Below are positions 49,718-58,536 of a DNA stretch of 64,000 bases, in pieces. The notes under the pieces are model-generated. The model saw only the letters and a list, made by a program, of their open reading frames with translations, did not search any database and was not told the DNA's origin. How positions within the stretch are numbered: the first letter of the stretch is position 1; each line of letters begins with the position of its first letter. The position numbers and the translations under genes were made by a program. Location of the stretch: the NCBI GenBank assembly GCA_044226015.1, contig JBGAHS010000002.1, positions 369,570 to 433,569 of the forward strand. The letters run 5' to 3'. Source of the stretch: Candidatus Obscuribacteraceae bacterium (GTDB lineage: Bacteria > Cyanobacteriota > Vampirovibrionia > Obscuribacterales > Obscuribacteraceae).

Positions 49718-50218
49718 TTGAAACGCAAATCCTCACTCCTATTAGCTTTGTGCATTTTTCTGTCGCCGCAGGTTTTTGCAAATCCCGAAAGTGCCGAATC
49801 CGAAAAAGATCTGAATGTCTTTCAGATGGAACCATCGGTCATCAACGAAAAATACTATTCCAGTGGCGAAAATTTCCGCCATCAAAATATTGGAAAGGTA
49901 CTTCCATATGCCGCCGAAATCCCAAGTAATGAAAAAGCAGAGCCCGTCCAACAAGAACCTCCTTGCAAAACGCAGACCCATGTTACTCATTTTTGGACCA
50001 AATTTAGAAACACCGACAACGCGACCAAAGGCAACTCTTCAGACGCATTGAAATTTTCCAACAGCTTAATCAAAACGGAAATTCGTCTGCCGAATGGAGG
50101 CAACGCTTTGCCGGATGGAAGCAACGCTCTGCCGAATGGAGGCAACGCTTTGCCGGATGGAAGCAACGCTCTGCCGGATGGAGGCAACTCTCTGCCGCGC
50201 ACGGCAAATACTAAATAG
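49718..50218 (+). CDS. Small secreted hypothetical protein with C-terminal LP(N/D)G(G/S)NA heptad repeats
   Basis: GGAG RBS before TTG 49718; signal peptide KRKSSLLLALCIFLSPQVFA; 21-bp coding repeat x5. Confidence 0.55.
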   Translation: MKRKSSLLLALCIFLSPQVFANPESAESEKDLNVFQMEPSVINEKYYSSGENFRHQNIGKVLPYAAEIPSNEKAEPVQQEPPCKTQTHVTHFWTKFRNTDNATKGNSSDALKFSNSLIKTEIRLPNGGNALPDGSNALPNGGNALPDGSNALPDGGNSLPRTANTK

Positions 50219-50237
50219 CTAATGTCAGACAACTAAG

Positions 50238-51554
50238 TTGAGTTCAAAAACAGTGGAGCTTGGTGCTACAAAATTTTTGTTGAGCGCAGAGGGTCGAAAA
50301 GCTCTCGATGAGCTTACGCAGACGAAAATCACTTCATCCGATGAATTGAAGGTTATCAGCAAACTGCGTAAAACATACGATATGGGTAGCGCATCAGCTC
50401 TTATCGACTGCGCCATGGCTCGGCAAAAAGCAATAACGCAAGAGAAATTCTCTCGCGCGGAAAGGATGTTCTTCACGCGAACGGCGCTAGAACAAGCAAG
50501 CGGAGAGCGCATTGCAAGATACAGAGCAAAGCGTTTCTTGAACTTGTGCAATACGAAACAGCAGATCGCAGACCTTTGCTGTGGTATCGGTGGCGACACC
50601 ATTGCACTAAGCCAAGACTTTAAAGTTAGTGGATTCGATCGAGACGAAGCGCGCTTACTTATGGCGCAAGCGAACGCCGCTGAATACGACAACGGCGAAC
50701 GATTCCGTGCAGAATTCATGGACGTAAAAGACTTTGCCCCTGCAGGATTTACAGCTGCATTCTTTGATCCTGCGCGCAGAGACGCGGATGGAAAGCGGAT
50801 TTTTCATCCCGAAAGATACGGTCCGCCTTTATCCACTATCTATCCATTTCTAGGCGATCTTAAGGGAATTGCCGTTAAAGTTTCTCCCAGCATTGACTAT
50901 GATGCATTAAGAGAGTCTGCACCGAAGTTCGAAGTAGAGCTTATCTCTGAGAATGGTGAAGTCAAAGAAGCAGTTCTCTGGTTCGGCGAACTTAGGTCGC
51001 TTGCTACACGACGTGCAACAATGCTTCTAAGAGACAAAGTATTGAACTTCGATGATTCAGATGGCGTGCCTCAGCTAAAATTGAGCCCACTTAAAGCATT
51101 CATTCACGAACCCGATGGAGCCATAATCCGCGCGGGATTAGTTGAGCTTCTGGGTGAACAGCTATGTGCAGAAAAGGTGGATGAGCAAATAGCTTATCTA
51201 ACCGGAGATGAACCCTCAAAAACAGAAGCCGCTAGATCGTTTGAGATAATTGATCACATGCCATTTAGCATGAAACGCTTGAAAAAGCGGCTTGGCGAGC
51301 TAAACTGCTCGCGGGTTACAGTCAAGAAACGTGGTTCGCCGCTTACTCCGGAGGAGGTGCAAAATGCACTGGCTCTGCGCGGCGATGGAATTGAACTCAC
51401 AGTGATACTGACTCGGGTTGCGGAAGAACATACTGCGATAATCTGCCGACCACGAGTCCTCAGCGGACCGGTAGCCTGGAATATACCCGAAGTTTCTAGC
51501 GGCTTAAATGACCAATATAATCATCCGAGTGGAATCGACCGCGACGAAGCATAA
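50238..51554 (+). CDS. Class I SAM-dependent methyltransferase with THUMP-like C-terminal domain
   Basis: ALEQAS, ADLCCGIGGD, FDPARR, KVSP, GEVKEAVLWFG, EPDGAIIRAGL. Confidence 0.88.
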   Translation: MSSKTVELGATKFLLSAEGRKALDELTQTKITSSDELKVISKLRKTYDMGSASALIDCAMARQKAITQEKFSRAERMFFTRTALEQASGERIARYRAKRFLNLCNTKQQIADLCCGIGGDTIALSQDFKVSGFDRDEARLLMAQANAAEYDNGERFRAEFMDVKDFAPAGFTAAFFDPARRDADGKRIFHPERYGPPLSTIYPFLGDLKGIAVKVSPSIDYDALRESAPKFEVELISENGEVKEAVLWFGELRSLATRRATMLLRDKVLNFDDSDGVPQLKLSPLKAFIHEPDGAIIRAGLVELLGEQLCAEKVDEQIAYLTGDEPSKTEAARSFEIIDHMPFSMKRLKKRLGELNCSRVTVKKRGSPLTPEEVQNALALRGDGIELTVILTRVAEEHTAIICRPRVLSGPVAWNIPEVSSGLNDQYNHPSGIDRDEA

Positions 51555-52110
51555 TGTCATATCGCTTGGGAATCAGATTGCCTCTCGTGGGTCCGTCTTG
51601 TTTCTCCAAGTAAATCAGAGGTTTACCATCTACTGTGCTTAGCTCTTTCATGCGCGTCGCTAGTTCCCATTTAGCATCCTGACCATCGACTTTCTTGAAT
51701 CCATCCTGGAGCATCTTCTTGTTTTGAATAAGCCAGTCCCAGTCTTTCAAATGATCAAAGACGTCAGCACCAAAGGCGTCCTTTATTTTCTGGTCTACCT
51801 TTTTATTACGCTCAGCTGAACTCTCTTTCGCAGGTTCAGATTCCTTTGCTTTCTCCGCATCTTTAGCCGCCGGCAGAGATTTGTCAGAATCATTTTGAGG
51901 TGTTGAACAAAAATACAGTGCCCCCTGCTCGCTAACAAGCGCTTTAGGCAACAAATTACTGTCGTCGATCGCTAGCCCCTTCGCGAATCGATCATTGCGT
52001 GCACCTGGTGTATCAATTCGACTGGTGTCATTCAGATGTTCAGCCAGGTCAAGATTCGAAGAAATTACTCGGGTAGATTCTGTTGCGTAAAATTCAAAAT
52101 TGTCACTCAT
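51496..52110 (-). CDS. Hypothetical protein
   Basis: 204-aa ORF with GGGGA RBS; overlaps the 3' end of the convergent methyltransferase. Confidence 0.65.
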   Translation of the reverse strand: MSDNFEFYATESTRVISSNLDLAEHLNDTSRIDTPGARNDRFAKGLAIDDSNLLPKALVSEQGALYFCSTPQNDSDKSLPAAKDAEKAKESEPAKESSAERNKKVDQKIKDAFGADVFDHLKDWDWLIQNKKMLQDGFKKVDGQDAKWELATRMKELSTVDGKPLIYLEKQDGPTRGNLIPKRYDIMLRRGRFHSDDYIGHLSR

Positions 52111-52291
52111 GCTGCTGTCCCCAGATTAGATAGGACCAGCGACAAACCCGTAAAGTGATTAACGCATAAGTCCAAATTAGCAACAATGTGTGTTTCCGCA
52201 ATTATGCGTTTTTGATACAGTTTCAGCCAATATCACAACGCAAAACACAGACAGAAAGAGCTTTTCGAAGTCAATCTGCATCTGCGTGGTG

Positions 52292-52671
52292 CAGTCCAAT
52301 TCAGAAACTACACCGGTACCGATGAAGTTTCCAAAAGCTTCAAGCATCTTATGTAGACTATATTTTGACGATAATCAGAAAAACATACATGATTATCTTC
52401 GTGAAGAAACAACCAGTCCATTTTTAGAAACTACACCGGTACCGGTGCAGTTTCTAAAAACTCCGATTCCTTTGGAAACATTGGTTTTTACCAGGAATCA
52501 GAAATAAACACAAAAATATCTTACCGTAAGAAAAACAATAGTCCAATTTGAAAACTCGGCCGGTACCGGTGCAGTTTTTGAAACGTCTGATTCCCCTGGT
52601 AGGACAGGCTTTCAAGGACAAGCAGAAAAACACCAAGAATATCTACAAAAGAAAAACTTCCAGTCCATTTT
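52292..52671. repeat. Three ~123-bp degenerate units, each carrying the REP-like palindrome
   Basis: AGTCCA..T..AAACT...CCGGTACCG.TG.AGTTT with palindromes at about 52304, 52427, 52551; fourth partial CAGTCCATTTT at 52661. Confidence 0.8.
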
Positions 52672-52720
52672 AACCATTACGTACTAGAGAAAGCACGAAC
52701 GTCTAGAAGACCTTCATGCC

Positions 52721-52762
52721 AAAAAGAAACGCGCCCTGGAAAAGAGCGCGCTTCTTTTTTTT
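52721..52762 (-). terminator. Intrinsic terminator of dnaK
   Basis: AAAAAGAAACGCGC...GCGCGCTTCTTTTTTTT. Confidence 0.8.
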
Positions 52763-52775
52763 ACTGATTTTCCGA

Positions 52776-54764
52776 TTACTCTTCGGTTGGTCTGAACTCG
52801 GCATCGACAACGTCGTCGCCACCGCCGCCGCCACCACCGAAACCGCCGCCGCCACCGCCACCGAAGCCACCGCCGGCTGCGTCGCCACCGAATCCGCCAC
52901 CAGCATCGCCAAATCCACCGGCGCCGCCACCAGGAGCACCAGCACCAACAGGTTCACGCGAACCAGCCTGGTAGGCTTCCTGTTGAAGAATAACGAGCAC
53001 ACCACGGAGGTCGTTCATCAATGTCTTGAAGCTTTCTGGATCAGCATCTTCTTTGAGTTTCTGACGCAATTCGCCAACGAGCATCTCCGCACGCGACTTG
53101 GTTCCAGGAGAAACCTTCTCGCCGAGGTCGCGAACTTGTCTTTCAACTGAGTAACAGAGGCTGTCTGCTTCGTTGCGTCCATCTGCAGCTTCTTTGCGCT
53201 TGCGGTCCTCTTGAGCGTGCGACTCTGCTTCGCGAACCATGCGCTCGATATCGTCTTTGCCGAGGTTGGTGCTTGCAGTAATCGTGATCTTTTGCTCTTT
53301 ACCAGTCGTCTGGTCACGGGCAGTGACATTCATAATGCCGTTAGCATCGATGTCGAATGTGACTTCGACTTTTGGGACTCCTCTTGGTGCTGGCGGAATG
53401 CCATCGAGACGGAAGTTGCCCAGCAACTTGTTGTCGCGAGCCATCGGGCGCTCTCCCTGGAAGACATAGATGTCTACAGCGGTCTGGCTATCGTCTGCGG
53501 TTGAGAACACTTCAGATTTGCGAGTTGGAATTGTTGTATTTCTTTCTACCAACTTGGTGAATACACCACCCATGGTTTCAATTCCGAGAGACAGCGGCGT
53601 AACGTCGAGAAGTACAACACCCTTAACTTCACCACCTAGAACACCAGCCTGAATTGCTGCACCGACAGCAACTACTTCGTCTGGGTTAACGGATTGGTTT
53701 GGCTCTTTGCCACCAGTTAAGCTCTTTACCAGGTCTTGCACTGCTGGAATTCTGGTTGATCCACCAACAAGAACAACTTCGTCCAAATCGGAATAGGTCA
53801 TCTTAGCATCGCGAAGTGATTGCTCCATCGGCTGGCGGCAACGCTCAACAAGGTGACGAGTCAATTCGTTGAATCTTGCGCGAGTCAACTTCATTTCAAG
53901 GTGCTTAGGACCTGAAGCATCAGCCGTGATAAACGGAAGCGAAATATTTGCTTCGATTACCGATGACAATTCAACTTTGGCTTTCTCAGCTGCTTCAGTA
54001 AGACGCTGCAAAGCTTGTCTGTCTTTGCGAAGGTCAATGCCCTCAAGTTTGTTGAACTCATCAGCCAACCAGTTCACTACACAATGGTCGAAGTCGTCAC
54101 CACCAAGGTGAGTATCACCGGAGGTAGACTTAACTTCGAACACACCGTCGCCAACTTCAAGGATGGATACGTCGAATGTACCGCCGCCGAGGTCGAACAC
54201 GAGAATTGTTTCGTTCTCCTTCTTGTCGAGACCATACGCAAGAGCCGCTGCCGTAGGCTCATTGATGATTCTCAACACATCCAGACCAGCGATGGTTCCA
54301 GCATTCTTTGTTGACTGGCGCTGGCTGTCATTGAAGTATGCAGGAACGGTGATTACTGCAGAAGAAACTTTTTCACCAAGGTACTTCTCAGCATCTTCCT
54401 TCAACTTGCGAAGAATCATCGCTGAAATTTCTTCCGGCGCATAATCCTTGCCCTGAATAGCAACTTTACAGCCGCCATCTGGGCCTTCTTTAACTTTGTA
54501 GGAAACGATTGCGCGCTCAGACTCTACTTCACTGTAGCGTCTGCCGATGAATCGCTTCACGGAATAAATAGTGTTCTCTGGATTCAGAACAGCCTGACGT
54601 CGAGCTAATTGCCCAACCAATCTTTCACCAGATTTTGTAAAAGCTACTACTGATGGCGTCGTTCTTCCGCCTTCGGTGTTTGCAATGACAGTTGGCTTAC
54701 CGCCTTCCATGACGGCAACACAAGAGTTTGTGGTGCCCAGATCAATGCCTACTGCCTTTCCCAT
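52776..54764 (-). CDS. dnaK: Molecular chaperone DnaK
   Basis: [39 protein letters not shown]; Gly-rich tail ending DVVDAEF. Confidence 0.99.
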   Translation of the reverse strand: MGKAVGIDLGTTNSCVAVMEGGKPTVIANTEGGRTTPSVVAFTKSGERLVGQLARRQAVLNPENTIYSVKRFIGRRYSEVESERAIVSYKVKEGPDGGCKVAIQGKDYAPEEISAMILRKLKEDAEKYLGEKVSSAVITVPAYFNDSQRQSTKNAGTIAGLDVLRIINEPTAAALAYGLDKKENETILVFDLGGGTFDVSILEVGDGVFEVKSTSGDTHLGGDDFDHCVVNWLADEFNKLEGIDLRKDRQALQRLTEAAEKAKVELSSVIEANISLPFITADASGPKHLEMKLTRARFNELTRHLVERCRQPMEQSLRDAKMTYSDLDEVVLVGGSTRIPAVQDLVKSLTGGKEPNQSVNPDEVVAVGAAIQAGVLGGEVKGVVLLDVTPLSLGIETMGGVFTKLVERNTTIPTRKSEVFSTADDSQTAVDIYVFQGERPMARDNKLLGNFRLDGIPPAPRGVPKVEVTFDIDANGIMNVTARDQTTGKEQKITITASTNLGKDDIERMVREAESHAQEDRKRKEAADGRNEADSLCYSVERQVRDLGEKVSPGTKSRAEMLVGELRQKLKEDADPESFKTLMNDLRGVLVILQQEAYQAGSREPVGAGAPGGGAGGFGDAGGGFGGDAAGGGFGGGGGGGFGGGGGGGDDVVDAEFRPTEE

Positions 54765-54979
54765 GCTTTAAAACTCCCTTGATAACAAGCTATACAGCTA
54801 ATTTGAGGATTATACGCCCAGACCTGGCCTGACAAAGCCAGCCCCCCGAATTTATTCACAATATATGGGCGCACTTTTCCATGATGCCAACGCGTACGCC
54901 CCATACGCCAAGTTATTACAAACTCTTTATTATTGCGGTAGGTTTCGCAGACTTGCCTGTACTTGGATTCTCGGACTCG

Positions 54980-55741
54980 TTAACTCTCTTTGACAAGGTC
55001 TTCCAACTTCTCGCCGATGGCAAGAGTACAAATCTGCACAGGACTCTGATTTGCCTTAGCCAACTTTACAAGATGCGAGGGTCTATACCGGAACGGAACC
55101 TGCTCTACCATCGGTTGCCAATGCATCGGAACCATTCTTACAGCCTTCAACTCCTCGGCAATCCGCAAGGCTTCTTCAGGAGTGGCGATCTTGTATTTGC
55201 CACCAATTGGCAAACAAGCGGTGTGAGTCTCATAGCCTCGTAAGAATTCTGAAATTGCAGGCGTATATAGCGTGTCTCCCGAATGATAATAGCCATTAAA
55301 ATGATAGCCATTAACGGGATTTCCGGGAGCAGAACTCCGGGAAAAAAGAGCGTGCATAGTCTTTCCCATTCGCGACATAGGATGATGCGCAGGAACCGCA
55401 GTTATGCGGATTCCATTAATGATGGTCGATTCACCGTGATCAAGTGCATGGCAAACTTCAGCCGGAATAACCTTCCGATACTTCTTGATCATCCACTCGA
55501 TCAGCCTGCGAGGTCCGACAAACTGGCACTTCCATTCATGCCATAACTTTGCGCTGGACAAAACCCCATGATCAAAATGTCCGTGGCTGAAAAGTACTAC
55601 GGCACCAGGGTCTAGCCGATGAAAATCAACAGGATCCTGAAAATAAGGGTCTACATACAATCGCAGTCCAGGCAGCTCGAACTTAAACGCGCTATGTCCC
55701 AGATAGGTAAGACTCAAGAAGGGCTTCCTTTCACAGATCAC
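54980..55741 (-). CDS. Metallo-beta-lactamase fold hydrolase (UlaG-like)
   Basis: YLGHSAF, VDPY, SHGHFDH, HSGDT, LPIGG, PMHW. Confidence 0.9.
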   Translation of the reverse strand: MICERKPFLSLTYLGHSAFKFELPGLRLYVDPYFQDPVDFHRLDPGAVVLFSHGHFDHGVLSSAKLWHEWKCQFVGPRRLIEWMIKKYRKVIPAEVCHALDHGESTIINGIRITAVPAHHPMSRMGKTMHALFSRSSAPGNPVNGYHFNGYYHSGDTLYTPAISEFLRGYETHTACLPIGGKYKIATPEEALRIAEELKAVRMVPMHWQPMVEQVPFRYRPSHLVKLAKANQSPVQICTLAIGEKLEDLVKES

Positions 55742-55982
55742 GAGGCAATGTTAGCACTTCAAGAGCTTTTCTCAGCTAAAGAACTATCAGCTTTCGCAAA
55801 CGCCCGACGATGTATGAGCTGCACCCTAATTAACAGAAAATTATTCTGAGTCGTATTCGAAAAGAGTTGTCAATTCGGCATCAGCGCCGACCGAAATAAT
55901 AGTAATCATTAATCGCTTTAAAACCGCACCAAGAAGAGTGCAGATTGCTATAACATAGCTCCCACTGACTAGTGGAGGAACT

Positions 55983-57659
55983 ATGAAGGATTCACGTTTT
56001 TGCGCCGCAGCATTCGCTCTCTGCGCGCTTTCGGTATCCCTGAGTCCGGCAGTTGATGCGAAGAACAAGGTTGTCGAGTACATGAAGTACTTCAGCCCAA
56101 TGCCGCAGAAAAACTACGTGAATGAGTCACAAGACCGCCTCATCAAGAAACAAAACTTCAAAGCTGATGCGTTGCCGAACACTCCACAAATTAGAAATCC
56201 TGAACTTGGCTTTTTTGCAATTTTGCCTAGCGACAAAATCAGCCAATTAGACCTAGCCGAGAGCCTTTTGTCAAACGACAAAACTAATGGACTTGCAGTG
56301 CTCGTTCCATGGAGCGCTCTTGAACCCGTCGAAGAAAAGTACCAGTGGGAAAAGATTGATGGAATCCTCTCACTCTGCCAGAAATACAACAAATCATTGA
56401 TTTTGAGAGTCTCGACGGCAGGTGTGGATCTGCCAGTTGCAGAGGCAAGTAAACCTACATCGGATACTCCAGATTGGGTCTGGGAAAACGGAGCTAAGTC
56501 GGTCAAATATATCGGCAAAGATGGAAAAGCCCATTTGATGCCAATCTTCTGGGACAAAACTTACCTGGCAGCGTTTTCAAATTTCATAAATGAATTAGGC
56601 AGTCGCTACGATAAGAATCTATTGATTCAGAGCATAGGCATCACAGGTGGTGGCTATCGCGGCGGTACAGCTGTTGTCCCGACCGACATCGACAATAAGG
56701 GTGGCGTGAAAACTGCGACCAATGAAACAGGCTTCACCACCGCATCTCAAGTCGAAGATTATCTGCGCAAACAGCACGGCATGAATCAAAAACAGATCGT
56801 TGATCACTGGAAATACGTAGCGGATCTCTTCCCAACAGCATTTCCAAATACCCGTTTGAATTTCGCAATCAATCCGCCAACTCCGAACAGAGCTGGTGAA
56901 GATGCTCTCGACGAAATCTCTGATTACCTGGTCTATAGATACGGTGAGCACGTCTACATCACAAGACAAGATTTGAAAAATGGAAAACATGGATTCGATG
57001 ATTATCGTGTTCTTCTCAAGTTCCGTCCAGATACTTATGCGGGATTGTCTCTGCTACCAACCGTTGACCCTGAAGGTATGGCTCGCATATCTAAAACAGC
57101 TCTAGATGATGGAATTAGTTTCATCGAAATTCCTGGCGAACTATTGAATAGCCAGGATGCCACAGTAAAGACTGCCATCGATAAGCTCGCTAGTCACATG
57201 GGATATCAAATCATTGCGCAGAAAGCTTCAATTCCAAATGAGCTTTTCCAGGGAGATCAACTTAAGGCTGAGTTCAGCTTCTTGAACGTAGGCGACGCCA
57301 GTCCGAAGCGCCCCGTAAGAGAACTCGATAAAGACATACCGAGCAGCTACAAAGTCATGATCGAACTGAAAGATGACAGTGGAAAAGTTGTGGCAAAGAT
57401 TCTGCACACTCCAGAGAAGAAGACTGAAACCTGGACAACAGGACAGTCAGTTACCTGGCAACAATCGCTCAAAGTACCACAACTTCCAACAGGCGAATAC
57501 GAGGCTACGGTATCGTTGTATGATCCCGCATCCGACAAGAAGCTCAATTTGATCGATGGACGCGAAGCCGACAAGCAAAAAGTTCAATCAGAGATGTCTC
57601 TCGGTAAACTCAAAGTTGTCGCACCTTCCACAGCATCAAAATCAGCTGCTCCGAACTAG
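55983..57659 (+). CDS. Secreted glycoside hydrolase-like protein (GH42-like N-domain / DUF4832-like C-domain)
   Basis: Signal peptide; PWSALEPVEEKYQW, PDWV, PIFWD, LGSRYD; MGY...N.GDA Ig-like tail. Confidence 0.65.
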   Translation: MKDSRFCAAAFALCALSVSLSPAVDAKNKVVEYMKYFSPMPQKNYVNESQDRLIKKQNFKADALPNTPQIRNPELGFFAILPSDKISQLDLAESLLSNDKTNGLAVLVPWSALEPVEEKYQWEKIDGILSLCQKYNKSLILRVSTAGVDLPVAEASKPTSDTPDWVWENGAKSVKYIGKDGKAHLMPIFWDKTYLAAFSNFINELGSRYDKNLLIQSIGITGGGYRGGTAVVPTDIDNKGGVKTATNETGFTTASQVEDYLRKQHGMNQKQIVDHWKYVADLFPTAFPNTRLNFAINPPTPNRAGEDALDEISDYLVYRYGEHVYITRQDLKNGKHGFDDYRVLLKFRPDTYAGLSLLPTVDPEGMARISKTALDDGISFIEIPGELLNSQDATVKTAIDKLASHMGYQIIAQKASIPNELFQGDQLKAEFSFLNVGDASPKRPVRELDKDIPSSYKVMIELKDDSGKVVAKILHTPEKKTETWTTGQSVTWQQSLKVPQLPTGEYEATVSLYDPASDKKLNLIDGREADKQKVQSEMSLGKLKVVAPSTASKSAAPN

Positions 57660-57682
57660 CTGATATCAGGAAAAAGCATAGT

Positions 57683-57724
57683 AAAAAAGAGGCAGGATGC
57701 GAAACGCAGTCCTGCTTCCTTTTT
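57683..57724. terminator. Intrinsic terminator between convergent genes
   Basis: AAAAAAGAGGCAGGATGCGAAACGCAGTCCTGCTTCCTTTTT. Confidence 0.7.
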
Positions 57725-57753
57725 CTCGCACTGTAATTAGTGGCGGTTCGCAA

Positions 57754-57885
57754 GAACTCCACCGGTACCGGCCGAGTTCCAGGTTTTTCTTCCCGCATCC
57801 AATGCGAAGATTCTCGCGCAAACTCCACCGGTACCGGCCGAGTTCCAGGTTTTTCTTCCCTCACCCAATCCGAAGATTTTCGCGA
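57754..57885. repeat. Two REP-like copies in a 66-bp tandem
   Basis: AACTCCACCGGTACCGGCCGAGTTCCAGGTTTTTCTTCCC at 57755 and 57821. Confidence 0.85.
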
Positions 57886-57897
57886 GAATTACAAAAA

Positions 57898-58503
57898 CTA
57901 GAATGTCTTATCGCTGCTGCGAACTTTACCAGCAACCTGCGTACTTGTTTGAATGGCTTTGCGAACGAACGCTTCTTCGCTCTCAAAAAACTTTGGGGAG
58001 CGACCAACCAGAGAAACTAGATGGCGATTAGCAAGTTTCTTGCGAGCATCGTTTTCGTAAAAGGCTTCGCCCTCTCCGACATTGTCCCAACTGTTAGACT
58101 TCTGCGTAAATCGAAATTTCGCAACGTGAGCCCACTCGCGCACACATTCGTTAAATAAGTCAGGATCATACTGACTGCGCCGTAACTTCATTTCGAGCGC
58201 CATGGCATAGAGACAATGCATATCGACTTCCAAAGTACGACGCGCAAGCGCCTGTCGACATTGTTTAATGGCGTAATCAACATTACCGTTTGTGAGTTGT
58301 TCTTTCACTCCGCGCCAAAATGGCGATTCGGACTCAAAAGCCAGCGAATGCAAGTCATCAATGAACGGATCACCATTTACCGATGGGCTCGCAAAACAGA
58401 CAGAGCCACCCACCCCCGAAGCTAGTACAAGAAGAATCGCCAGACAAAGCAGGACACTTTGAAAAGCAAAGCTTTTAGCTGAATCCTGTTTGTCTGGCGT
58501 CAT
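57898..58503 (-). CDS. Exported hypothetical protein, TPR-like
   Basis: N-terminal hydrophobic helix; GNVDYAIKQCRQAL. Confidence 0.65.
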   Translation of the reverse strand: MTPDKQDSAKSFAFQSVLLCLAILLVLASGVGGSVCFASPSVNGDPFIDDLHSLAFESESPFWRGVKEQLTNGNVDYAIKQCRQALARRTLEVDMHCLYAMALEMKLRRSQYDPDLFNECVREWAHVAKFRFTQKSNSWDNVGEGEAFYENDARKKLANRHLVSLVGRSPKFFESEEAFVRKAIQTSTQVAGKVRSSDKTF

Positions 58504-58536
58504 AATGTTTACCTTCAGAGCAGTACCATCACGCGA

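Noticed and set aside
52716..53150. Ala/Thr-rich ORFs overlapping the dnaK 3' end
   Set aside because: Shadow frames of the Gly-rich DnaK tail
54809..54835. Sigma-70 promoter for dnaK (TTGTCA...TATAAT)
   Set aside because: Perfect -10 but only a 15-nt spacer to the -35; not confident enough to call
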